From the NCBI GenBank assembly GCA_029907255.1, contig JARYMF010000003.1, forward strand, positions 64,061-128,060: a stretch of DNA of 64,000 nucleotides. Direction: 5' to 3'. Of the stretch, positions 31,553 to 39,951 are shown piece after piece. The position numbers and the translations under genes are program-made. The DNA comes from Armatimonadota bacterium. GTDB lineage: Bacteria > Armatimonadota > UBA5829 > DTJY01. The number at the start of each line of letters is the position of its first letter. Within the stretch, counting starts at the first letter, position 1. The notes below the pieces were generated by a model. The model was not told the origin of the DNA. It was given only the letters and a program-made list of their open reading frames with translations, and made no database searches.

Positions 31553-31660
31553 GCCGCCAGTATAGCAGAAATACACTACATCGAAAATAGCCCTCAATAC
31601 ATCTTTCCAAGTATCCCAAGAATGGTCTAGAATAAATAGGATAGTGTGCAAGAAAGGAGA

Positions 31661-33277
31661 ATGCCGTTGTTTGACTTAGTAATAAAGAATGGCTTTGTTG
31701 TTGATGGCACTGGGAAGCCTGGCTTTAATGCTGATGTAGCTGTAAAAGACGGAAGGATTGCAATTGTTGGAAGCACGACTGAGTATGCGGCAAGAACGAT
31801 AGATGCCGAGGGCTTAGTTGTTAGTCCGGGGTTTATAGATATTCACTCACATACTGACGAGCTTGTTATCGCCAATCCAACGTGTGAGAGCAAACTTACT
31901 CAGGGAGTTACTACTGAAGTTTCGGGCAACTGCGGAGACTCGGCTGCTCCAAGGGGCGGCAAACAAAATCTCGAAGAAGCTAGCAAATGGTTGACTGAAT
32001 ATGGGATTAACCTGACATGGCGGAGCTTGGATGAGTACTTTGATGTTCTAGAATCAATTCAAATGGCGGTCAATTGCATAACTCTTGTAGGCAATGGAAC
32101 TCTGCGCAGTGTAGTAATGGGTAATGATGACCGCCCAGCTACGCCTAGCGAAATTTCCGAGATGCGCCGATTAGTTGAGGAATCAATGAAAGCAGGCGCA
32201 TTTGGATTGTCAAGTGGGTTAATTTACCCACCAAGTTGCTATGCCGATACTGAAGAATTGATTGAATTATGTAAGGGAGTAGCTCCATTTGGAGGGTTCT
32301 ACGCGAGCCATATAAGGAATGAAAGTGAAAGACTTTGCGAAGCTGTTGAAGAAGCTATCACAATAGGAAAAGAAGCAGGTGTGGGAGTGCAAATCTCGCA
32401 CCATAAAGCGTGCGGAAAGCCAAATTGGGGATTGGTCAACGAAAGCCTTGCGTTGATTGACAAAGCACGCGCTGAAGGATTGGATGTTTGGGCGGATCAG
32501 TATCCTTATGTCGCCACCTCTACAGGACTAGGAATCATGTTTCCAAAGTGGGCGTATGCGGGAGGCAACCGAAGCCTAACAGAGAGACTAAGAGATGCCG
32601 ATGAGAGAAGCAAAATTCGCGATGAAATGATAAGCAATACAGAGTCGGGCTGGATAAAGGATTCATGCGGCTGGGAAGCAGTTGTAATAAGCAGTGTTCG
32701 CGAGGAATGCAACAAACACTTTGAAGGTCGAAGCATTGCTGAGATTGCGCAAGAGCAGGGGAAACATCCAGTTGATATTGCAATTGACCTTATGCTCAGT
32801 GAAAATGGCCACATTGGCATGGTGCACTTCGTAATAAACGAGGACGATGTTAAGAGAGTAATGGCGCACCCAGCAGTCTTGATAGGTTCAGATGCAACAG
32901 CGCGGGCAACAACAGGGCCCCTAAACCGGGGAAAACCTCATCCAAGGGCTTTCGGCACTTTCGCGAGGGTTCTTGGTAAATATGTGCGCGAGGAAAAGGT
33001 ACTTACGCTTGAGCAGGCAGTGGCTAAGATGACTGGTTTGACAGCGCAAAGGCTTGGCCTTGCCAATAGGGGCATAATTGCTGAAGGTTTTTGGGCTGAC
33101 ATAACGATATTCGATGCCGAGACGATTTCGGATGCCGCAACATTCAAGGAACCGCTCACGCCGGCAATCGGTATAAAATATGTGGTTGTCAATGGTAAGG
33201 TTTGCGTTGATGACGGTCGAATAGTGGATAGTGGTCTTGGCGCAGGTCGGGTTATAAGACGCGGAAGGGATAGGTGA
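31661..33277 (+). CDS. N-acyl-D-amino-acid deacylase (D-aminoacylase) family
   Basis: PGFIDIHSH.D, GNCG, GLSSGL.Y.P, SHHK, IGSD, HPR.FGTF.R.LG; AGGAGA RBS. Confidence 0.93.
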   Translation: MPLFDLVIKNGFVVDGTGKPGFNADVAVKDGRIAIVGSTTEYAARTIDAEGLVVSPGFIDIHSHTDELVIANPTCESKLTQGVTTEVSGNCGDSAAPRGGKQNLEEASKWLTEYGINLTWRSLDEYFDVLESIQMAVNCITLVGNGTLRSVVMGNDDRPATPSEISEMRRLVEESMKAGAFGLSSGLIYPPSCYADTEELIELCKGVAPFGGFYASHIRNESERLCEAVEEAITIGKEAGVGVQISHHKACGKPNWGLVNESLALIDKARAEGLDVWADQYPYVATSTGLGIMFPKWAYAGGNRSLTERLRDADERSKIRDEMISNTESGWIKDSCGWEAVVISSVREECNKHFEGRSIAEIAQEQGKHPVDIAIDLMLSENGHIGMVHFVINEDDVKRVMAHPAVLIGSDATARATTGPLNRGKPHPRAFGTFARVLGKYVREEKVLTLEQAVAKMTGLTAQRLGLANRGIIAEGFWADITIFDAETISDAATFKEPLTPAIGIKYVVVNGKVCVDDGRIVDSGLGAGRVIRRGRDR

Positions 33278-33284
33278 ATAAATA

Positions 33285-34361
33285 ATGAACCGAGGTATTA
33301 TCATTTTTTTGGCATCTGTGGCGGTACTTGGTGCGGTGGGGCTTTTTTTGCTGAAACAAGGTAGTACCTTTTTTCTAAAAAGCCCGGATGAAGTTCGTAT
33401 TGCCTACGTTTCCGATGTTGGTGGGAACATAGATATCTGGACAATGAAACCCGATGGTTCCGATAAACGGCAGGTAACCAATGATCAAGCAAACGACCGC
33501 CTGCCTGTGTGGTCACCGAATGGCAAAGAAATTGCTTCCGTTTCTGACCGGCGAGAGAATGTCTATCAGGTATTTGTCTCTGCATGGGACGGAAGCTATA
33601 CAAAACAATTAACAGTGGGCACCGGTACAAAAGACTTTGTGCAATGGAGTGCTGATGGTTCGACGCTAGCATATATTTCCAGCGGCAGGGTTTTCACACT
33701 TCAACGTCATGGAGGAACAGAACAGCAAATTTTGCCGCCGGTAACAACAGGCGTGATTTTAGATAATCCACCGTATTCATTAGCATTGTGGTCTCCTCGT
33801 GACAAAAAGCTTGCTGTTATAATGAATGCTGAAGAAGGCCAGCGGGCACTGGTGCTTGAGAATTTTGACGAGAAGCCCTTTGGAATTACTGCTGCGCGCC
33901 GTTTAGCTATCGCATGGTCTCCGTCAGGAGAAATGCTTGCAGTTACGTTCATTGGCCGCGGGCAAGAGAATGGTATTCTGACTGCCGATATCTCAAGAGT
34001 GCTGACGAAAGACCTGTGGAAAATAAAAGGGAATGCTGAAGGTCCGTTGTCTCCCGCTTGGTCTCCGGACGGAAAGCTCATTGCGTTCGAAATGTGGACA
34101 CTTAGAGATGGATATCCAGACAAATGCAAGGGCATTTATACAATCAATGCGTCGGGTGGAAAGCCCAAGCTTATTGTTTCCGGTGATGCGCGAGAGCCCA
34201 CTTGGTCGCCAGATGGTAAGTATCTTGCATATGTTTTGTTTCGCCCAGACGGAGGCAGAGATATTTGGCGCATAAATGCGGATGGCTCAAATCCATTAAA
34301 CCTCACAAACGGCAAGGGCGATAATTATCAGGCTTCATGGTCGCCTTTGCCAAAGAAGTAG
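33285..34361 (+). CDS. TolB-like (PD40 repeat) beta-propeller protein with N-terminal anchor
   Basis: Multiple P.WSPDG repeats; hydrophobic N-terminus. Confidence 0.88.
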   Translation: MNRGIIIFLASVAVLGAVGLFLLKQGSTFFLKSPDEVRIAYVSDVGGNIDIWTMKPDGSDKRQVTNDQANDRLPVWSPNGKEIASVSDRRENVYQVFVSAWDGSYTKQLTVGTGTKDFVQWSADGSTLAYISSGRVFTLQRHGGTEQQILPPVTTGVILDNPPYSLALWSPRDKKLAVIMNAEEGQRALVLENFDEKPFGITAARRLAIAWSPSGEMLAVTFIGRGQENGILTADISRVLTKDLWKIKGNAEGPLSPAWSPDGKLIAFEMWTLRDGYPDKCKGIYTINASGGKPKLIVSGDAREPTWSPDGKYLAYVLFRPDGGRDIWRINADGSNPLNLTNGKGDNYQASWSPLPKK

Positions 34362-34367
34362 AACAGC

Positions 34368-35573
34368 TTGGCACGCATGGAGCAGCAAAATTATATAACA
34401 GACCAGTTAATTCCGTACATTGGAAACAAGCGCAAGCTTATACGGCTAATAAAACATGCGATTGACGCTACTGGCGTTAAAAATGGAACATTCTACGATG
34501 CCTTTGCTGGAAGTGGAGTCGTCTCAAGGCTGGCAAAGACGCTTGGATTTCGGGTCATTGCTAACGATTGGGAGCCGTATTCCTTTTATATAAACTACTG
34601 TTACATTGGCCATAACAAACCTCCTGCGTTCGAGAAACTTGGTGGAATTGAGAATGCAATCCGCATTCTAAACTCGCTTCAGCCAATTTGCGGTTATATT
34701 GCCCGCAATTATTGTCCCAAAGACGACGAGAATTATGACCCGGAAACCGAAAGAATGTTTTATACTCAAGAAAATGGCCGCAGAATTGACGCTATACGCG
34801 AAAAAATTGCCGAATGGCGCGCAAACGAAATCATCACAGAAGGCGAGGAAGCAGTCCTTCTAGCCCCGCTTATATTCCAAGCTTCCTATTGTAGCAATAC
34901 ATCGGGAGTTTTTAAGGGTTTCCATAGAGGATGGGGTGGGGCAACTAAAACAGCCCTGTATCGCATTCGAAGCACTCTTACCCTTTCTCCGCCGCTGTTT
35001 TGGGATAACGGTTGCCAAAATCTTGTCTTTCAAGAGGATGCCAATGTTCTATGTGACGAGATTGAAGCTGATGTAGCGTATCTTGACCCTCCATATAATC
35101 AACACCAATATGGTGCTAATTACCATCTGTTAAATACCATAGCTCTCTGGGATAAGCCGAAAGTTACCCCAATTTTTCAGTTTGGGCGTAGTGGCAACGG
35201 CAAAGCGGCGATTCGCGAAGATTGGCGTACCGTGCGGCGCAGTCCGTACTGCTACCGCTGTTCTGCACTTCCTGCATTTTCAGACCTGGTAAATAGAACA
35301 AAAGCACGTTTCATATTGGTAAGCTACAGTACCGACGGCATAATTCCTTTTGATTCCCTTCTTGAGCTCCTTGCTGCACGAGGTGAACTCTCTGTCGTAA
35401 CGCAAAGATATAAGCGGTACCGCGTAAGCAGCCAGCGCCCGTCGCCAAGATCGCATAATGTCGAATTTGTCGCCATTGTAAATACTTCTAAGCCTGGAAA
35501 TCCTTCAAATATAAAAGAGGTGAAACAAAAAGTTCTTGACGAACATATAAATAATCAAAATATGGTAAGCTAG
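34368..35573 (+). CDS. DNA adenine methyltransferase (D12-class, N6-mA)
   Basis: YIGNK, motif I DAFAGSG.V, motif IV YLDPPY. Confidence 0.9.
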   Translation: MARMEQQNYITDQLIPYIGNKRKLIRLIKHAIDATGVKNGTFYDAFAGSGVVSRLAKTLGFRVIANDWEPYSFYINYCYIGHNKPPAFEKLGGIENAIRILNSLQPICGYIARNYCPKDDENYDPETERMFYTQENGRRIDAIREKIAEWRANEIITEGEEAVLLAPLIFQASYCSNTSGVFKGFHRGWGGATKTALYRIRSTLTLSPPLFWDNGCQNLVFQEDANVLCDEIEADVAYLDPPYNQHQYGANYHLLNTIALWDKPKVTPIFQFGRSGNGKAAIREDWRTVRRSPYCYRCSALPAFSDLVNRTKARFILVSYSTDGIIPFDSLLELLAARGELSVVTQRYKRYRVSSQRPSPRSHNVEFVAIVNTSKPGNPSNIKEVKQKVLDEHINNQNMVS

Positions 35574-35609
35574 AGTTCCAACTACAAAATGAGTGGAAAG
35601 GAGTACATT

Positions 35610-36254
35610 ATGAAAAAAGCCTTGCTTTGCTTGCTTTTGTTAGTTTTGGGATGTTTAATGGTAATCAGTTATGCCAGCGCTGATAGGTTAATCTTAATAC
35701 CTACAGGCAGTACCATAAGCACCGGCATAAAAGGTGAATATGCCGCAAGTGCCGAGGGCGATGACCAAAAAATTTACTGGGCAAGTATTGGCATGTCTCG
35801 GTTTGAGATTGAAGGTGCAAGATTCCAAGATTTTCCCGCAACAGAAAAAACAGACGCTTTGAGTGCACAGGTGTGTGTAATTCCAGAAACTTCGTTTACG
35901 CCAGCCGTAGCAGTCGGAGTAAGAGATATTTCTGATGAGACAGAAGGGCTTGGACTTCCCTACGATGGCCAGTCATTTTATGCGGCTGTTTCTAAGACAG
36001 TGCCCATTACTGGCGGCGTTCCTGTTATATTCCAAGATATGAAAGTTCACGGCGGCGTGGGCACAGGAAGTCTTGGCGGTGTATTCTTCGGCGTTGAGGG
36101 AACCCTACCCATTGGTCTCCGAATTGCCGCAGAGTATGATACCGAAGAGTTTAATTGGGCCGCGATTTACAGTGTAGCAGGCCCACTGAAATTTAAAGTT
36201 TCTTCGATAAGAAACGACCTTTACTATGGTGCCTTTCTGAGCACTTCATTTTAA
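35610..36254 (+). CDS. Secreted/outer-membrane beta-barrel protein, YjbH-like
   Basis: Signal peptide, LI.IPT, P.VAVG.RD, Y.AVSK, H.G.G.G, AEYD, terminal F. Confidence 0.65.
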   Translation: MKKALLCLLLLVLGCLMVISYASADRLILIPTGSTISTGIKGEYAASAEGDDQKIYWASIGMSRFEIEGARFQDFPATEKTDALSAQVCVIPETSFTPAVAVGVRDISDETEGLGLPYDGQSFYAAVSKTVPITGGVPVIFQDMKVHGGVGTGSLGGVFFGVEGTLPIGLRIAAEYDTEEFNWAAIYSVAGPLKFKVSSIRNDLYYGAFLSTSF

Positions 36255-36278
36255 AGAAAAATCAGGGCAAAATTAAAA

Positions 36279-36318
36279 CTTTCAAGGGAGAGCGAGGGAA
36301 GTTGCTCTCCCTTGAAAG
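36279..36318 (+). terminator. Hairpin terminator
   Basis: CTTTCAAGGGAGAGC / GCTCTCCCTTGAAAG, a 15-bp perfect stem. Confidence 0.75.
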
Positions 36319-36369
36319 CATTTATGGCAGGTATTGGGCAAGGAACAAAAGTATTTTTCCCCTGCGGAA

Positions 36370-36397
36370 TAAAGTAATTACCGCATAATGCCGATAC
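36370..36397 (+). promoter_or_regulatory. Sigma28 (FliA/SigD)-type promoter
   Basis: TAAA(GT)-N16-GCCGATAC, about 80 bp upstream of the 36476 start. Confidence 0.6.
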
Positions 36398-36475
36398 TTC
36401 TATTAGATATACCAGTAGAAATACTAGTATGGTCGTTCGCTGATTGGCACAAGCAATTTTTGGAGGTAGTTAGCA

Positions 36476-36943
36476 TTGGCAGGAGAAAATAAAATCAAAT
36501 GCGATGAGAAAAATAATTCTGTATACACCACTTGCTGGGAAGTAACCGGATGCAGTAGGTCGGACTATATTTCATGTCCAGCTTTTCAGCAGAGGAAAAA
36601 CTGCTATGAACTCGACCGCGTGATTTGCTGCACAAAGCACAGGGATAACTGTGCTTCATGTCCAGTGTACATAGCAATAAACAAAGTCCCCGTTGAGAGA
36701 ACCCGTGTTAGAGTCTGTACTGATCGCTTTGACATTGAGGGCGATTTGCACATGCCAGTTGGCGCACGTCTGTCAGACTATATAAACCGAACCGATAAGC
36801 CATTTTTGGTGCTCACAGATGCCGAGATTACTCAAATAGATAATCCAAATAACGTTACCCATGATTCGGTTGCCATCGTAAACAAGTCTCACATAATCCT
36901 CACCTGGCCAATTAAGGAAAACCCCCAGTCTAAAGCGGCTTGA
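36476..36943 (+). CDS. Cys-rich (CWE..C..CPA) N-terminal domain + DUF6812-like domain protein
   Basis: GGAGG RBS, TTG start; Cys cluster CWEVTGC..CPAF..C..CC..CASCPVY; C-terminal IEG.LH...RLSD.IN....FL.LTDA...VNK..I. Confidence 0.75.
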   Translation: MAGENKIKCDEKNNSVYTTCWEVTGCSRSDYISCPAFQQRKNCYELDRVICCTKHRDNCASCPVYIAINKVPVERTRVRVCTDRFDIEGDLHMPVGARLSDYINRTDKPFLVLTDAEITQIDNPNNVTHDSVAIVNKSHIILTWPIKENPQSKAA

Positions 36944-37108
36944 AAAAAAATTTGCCCTATTTCTAATTTTTTTTTGCGGTTGCGTTTAATTTTAAAAATA
37001 GAAGGGTAGAAAGCGATAAAACAGTGTGTCAGCGCTCATTTGTAAACACAGTTTTAATAAGGAAGTGGGTTATTAATACTGCAAACAAAAAGGTAATAAA
37101 AAATTAGC

Positions 37109-37137
37109 TTGACAAAAAAACAGAAATATGATATCTT
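37109..37137 (+). promoter_or_regulatory. Sigma70 promoter upstream of OMP/tad locus
   Basis: TTGACA-17 nt-TATCTT with an extended TG. Confidence 0.55.
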
Positions 37138-37186
37138 GCTATTTGAATTACCAGTTTGTTGTAAATCTTGCTTGCTATTGGTTGAT

Positions 37187-37202
37187 TGGCACATTTTTTG
37201 CA
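37187..37202 (+). promoter_or_regulatory. Sigma54 -24/-12 promoter
   Basis: TGGCAC-ATTTT-TTGCA, exact consensus with GG-N10-GC spacing. Confidence 0.75.
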
Positions 37203-37371
37203 ACACCTCAAGTTAAATAACAAATCCACTGGAGTTGTCTCGGTATAGCACAAAATGCCAGGAAGGCGATTTGTTCCCAAGAATCTAGGTGCTCTGTTAA
37301 GTGAAGATTTCTATATTCATTCATAATTGGCAGTCATCTATATTTCAGAGTCAACAAGGAGGAGGAACGGC

Positions 37372-38235
37372 ATGCACCTTAACCGACATTTAGTTTGCTG
37401 GGTGTTATTGGTATTGTCGGCGTCTTTGGTTATCCCCGCATTATGTGCACAAGAGGAAGGCAAGCTGGTAAGAGGTATTGTTGTTGATAGATCTGAGAAG
37501 CTTCTGTGGCTTGGTTTGCCAGAGCCGGTTAAAAAAGGGACAGTATTTAACATCATGGTAATGCCAAACAGCAAGGTAATTGCAAAGGCTATTGTAACAG
37601 AATGCACACCGGACGAGCCTTACGTTGCAAAGGCGAAGTTCGTTCTTGAGGAAAAAGGCGCTTTCGTATCAGTAGGGGCATATGCCGAGGCGGTTAGTGA
37701 TGCTGCTGTTAAAGACCGAGATAAGATAGACGGCTATCAGGAAGTTGAGCTTGGGCCGAAGGGCATCAATCCACTGAGTTTTTCCATAGGGGTTTTCTAT
37801 CCTTTAGAAAGCAGTCTTCGCAGAGAGACTGCCACCTTGTGGCCAGCAGTCCAAATTGGCTATCAACTATGCAAAAAAGAAAATACAGCGTTAAGTTTAA
37901 GCATCGGATACTTTCACGGCGATGGGAGCTTTACATTAGATGAAGTAGAAGGTAGCCGTGATTTCAGGCTTGTCCCCTTGATTTTAGATGTTAAATTTTC
38001 GGAAGCATCTCAACTTAGAGGAGCGCCTTACTTCAAAGCCGGCATAGGAGCTTTCTATGTCAAAGACGAGCGTTCCATAGGCGGTGCTGAAGATAAATTA
38101 AACGTGGTTACTTTGGGCTGGCGTCTAGGGCTCGGATACCAATCAAAGAAGGGCAGGCATGTTGAGCTGACATATACTGACGCCGCAAGGTCAGATTTCA
38201 AAGGGCTAACATTTAAACTCGGCGCTAGGTTCTAA
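37372..38235 (+). CDS. Secreted protein with C-terminal outer-membrane beta-barrel
   Basis: GGAGGAGG RBS before ATG 37372; signal peptide; alternating beta strands (PYFKAGIG, LGLGY); ends LGARF. Confidence 0.75.
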   Translation: MHLNRHLVCWVLLVLSASLVIPALCAQEEGKLVRGIVVDRSEKLLWLGLPEPVKKGTVFNIMVMPNSKVIAKAIVTECTPDEPYVAKAKFVLEEKGAFVSVGAYAEAVSDAAVKDRDKIDGYQEVELGPKGINPLSFSIGVFYPLESSLRRETATLWPAVQIGYQLCKKENTALSLSIGYFHGDGSFTLDEVEGSRDFRLVPLILDVKFSEASQLRGAPYFKAGIGAFYVKDERSIGGAEDKLNVVTLGWRLGLGYQSKKGRHVELTYTDAARSDFKGLTFKLGARF

Positions 38236-38330
38236 AGCTATTGAACAAAGCATGAACTGGTGCGTCAACGCAAATATGAGGAATAAGGCAAAGTTCGAAT
38301 TAGCGTTTTATTGAAAGGGGGTGAAAGAAA

Positions 38331-38495
38331 ATGGTTAAGAGGATGAAGGAGCTGCTCAAGGATGAAGAGGGTGCGACGATGGTCGAGTACGCCCTCTTGC
38401 TGGCGCTGATTGCCGTAATTTGCATTTTGGCCGTAACGCAACTCGGCGGGAAGGTTAATTCCACGTTTGAGAGTTGCAGAGATGCAATTCCATAG
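38331..38495 (+). CDS. flp: Flp family type IVc pilin (major pilin candidate)
   Basis: MVKRMKELLKDEEG|ATMVEYALLLALIAVICILAVTQLGGKVNSTF...; Flp G|ATxxEY motif; 54 aa, below the ORF-track cutoff. Confidence 0.95.
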   Translation: MVKRMKELLKDEEGATMVEYALLLALIAVICILAVTQLGGKVNSTFESCRDAIP

Positions 38496-38542
38496 TAAAG
38501 GCCGCAGTAAATAAGCAGCGCCGTTATGGAGTAAAGTGGACG

Positions 38543-38585
38543 GATTCTGCCCCGCTTAATGCGGGGCAGAATCACACTCTTTTTT
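38543..38585 (+). terminator. Hairpin/terminator after flp
   Basis: GATTCTGCCCCGC-TTAAT-GCGGGGCAGAATC, then a T-run. Confidence 0.8.
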
Positions 38586-38602
38586 AACAGCTCGGGGATA
38601 AT

Positions 38603-39121
38603 ATGGGCGCAAAAGTAATAGAAATGCTTCCAATCGGCATATTGGTTTTAATGCTGGGGTTTGCAGTTTATACAGACATCCGATTTGGAAAGATATACAA
38701 TAAGTTAACACTACCTTGCATGGCGCTTGGCATACTGCTTGGCGCTGTGTCAAATGGGTGGATGGGCTTTCTCAGCAGTATAGGCGGAATTTTAATAATC
38801 CTTATTCCATTTTTACTATTCGCTCCTGCAGCAGGCATTGGCGGCGGCGACGTTAAACTCATGATGGCTGTTGGTGCTCTGCTTGGATACAAAGCGGCAG
38901 TTTGGGCGGTGCTTATCTCGGCAGTTGTAGGGGGTGCGCTGGCAGTAATAACGGTGCTAATCTACAGGGAATTCCTTAATACTACAAAAAACGTTTTTCT
39001 CAGCGCGGTCCTAAAAGCACCAATGGTTCTGGCGGGAGGCTCGAAAGGCTTAAAAGTTCGCTACAGCCCAGCTATAGCAATTGGTACAATTCTTACAATT
39101 ATTTATCAATTTGGAAGATAA
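38603..39121 (+). CDS. cpaA: Prepilin peptidase CpaA/TadV (A24)
   Basis: YTD....I.N, GGGDVKL, C-terminal Y.PAI..G; directly after flp. Confidence 0.92.
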   Translation: MGAKVIEMLPIGILVLMLGFAVYTDIRFGKIYNKLTLPCMALGILLGAVSNGWMGFLSSIGGILIILIPFLLFAPAAGIGGGDVKLMMAVGALLGYKAAVWAVLISAVVGGALAVITVLIYREFLNTTKNVFLSAVLKAPMVLAGGSKGLKVRYSPAIAIGTILTIIYQFGR

Positions 39122-39195
39122 GCACAAAAATACTTAGCGTTTGGCACAACCTACAGGCTCTGAAAACTGCATTTTGACGGTAGTCGGATGCCGAG
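39118..39195 (+). ncRNA. Candidate degenerate/variant c-di-GMP-I (GEMM-I)-like riboswitch aptamer
   Basis: AGCACA-[P2]-GGCACAAC-CTACAGG-CTCTGAA...GACGGTAGTCGGATGCCG follows the order and spacing of GEMM-I elements, but the P2 tetraloop and receptor are degenerate. Confidence 0.4.
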
Positions 39196-39240
39196 AAATT
39201 AGCTTTCTACTGCCGCCGCTAAAGAAGGGAGCTTAAGCTT

Positions 39241-39417
39241 ATGTGGGATAAAATAAGGAATAAAGCGAAAATCCTTGCTTCCGATGAGGATGGCCACGTG
39301 CTCATTGAATATGGAATCGTGCTGGCACTAATTGCTATTGCATGCATAACAATTGTTGGTGAGATAGGAAATAAGACCAATGTTCTATTAAGCGATACTG
39401 CATCGAAATATCCATAA
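39241..39417 (+). CDS. Second, divergent Flp family pilin
   Basis: MWDKIRNKAKILASDEDG|HVLIEYGIVLALIAIACITIVGEIG.K...; AGGGAG RBS; 58 aa, not in the ORF track. Confidence 0.85.
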   Translation: MWDKIRNKAKILASDEDGHVLIEYGIVLALIAIACITIVGEIGNKTNVLLSDTASKYP

Positions 39418-39472
39418 ATGCAAACAAAGTGCAGACACCATCAAAAGCCTTAGGACAGGCGGTGACGACAAA

Positions 39473-39934
39473 ATGAAAATGATGCGGATGGGTGACAACA
39501 AAGGGGCAGCGTTGGTTGAATTCGCCATAGTTGCCCTTTTGCTGTTCACAATGCTGTTAGGAATCATTGAGTTTGGCATGCTCATAAAGGACTACCTTGC
39601 ACTAAACCAGGCAGTCAGGGAAGGAGCAAGAAGTGCCGCCCTCCGAAGTGATATAACTACTGTTGTGAATAGGGTTAAAGGCAGTGCCCCAACGCTTGAC
39701 CCATCAAGAATCAACAATGTTAGCGTTTTTTACAGGGTCTACAATTCGAGTTCCAATAGTTGGGGCGATTGGATTGCAGGGACGCCTCCGGATAATATAG
39801 CCCAATATCATGTCCAAGTTAGGGTTCACGGCGAGTATTCTCACAAATTGATTACAGGTCAATTTTTCTCATGGCTTGCGGATGGCGGGGATTCCATTAC
39901 TGTCAAAAGTGAAATGGTGATGAAACGGGAGTAG
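39473..39934 (+). CDS. TadE-like pseudopilin
   Basis: KG|AALVEFAIV...GIIEFG, AVREGAR.AA. Confidence 0.9.
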   Translation: MKMMRMGDNKGAALVEFAIVALLLFTMLLGIIEFGMLIKDYLALNQAVREGARSAALRSDITTVVNRVKGSAPTLDPSRINNVSVFYRVYNSSSNSWGDWIAGTPPDNIAQYHVQVRVHGEYSHKLITGQFFSWLADGGDSITVKSEMVMKRE

Positions 39935-39951
39935 CCGGGAAGGAGGCTAAA

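Noticed and set aside
31553-31651. N-terminal extension of the 315-aa minus ORF in the track
   Set aside because: It would occupy the divergent promoter region; GTG at 31552 is the more plausible start.
36445-36460. TGGCAC as a sigma54 -24 box upstream of the Cys-rich gene
   Set aside because: No TTGC at the required spacing.
36993-37019. Second sigma28-like site TAAA-N15-AGCGATAA
   Set aside because: Two mismatches in the -10 box within very A-rich DNA; could be chance.
39142-39157. TGGCAC as a sigma54 box before pilin 2
   Set aside because: No -12 GC; better explained as part of the riboswitch-like element.
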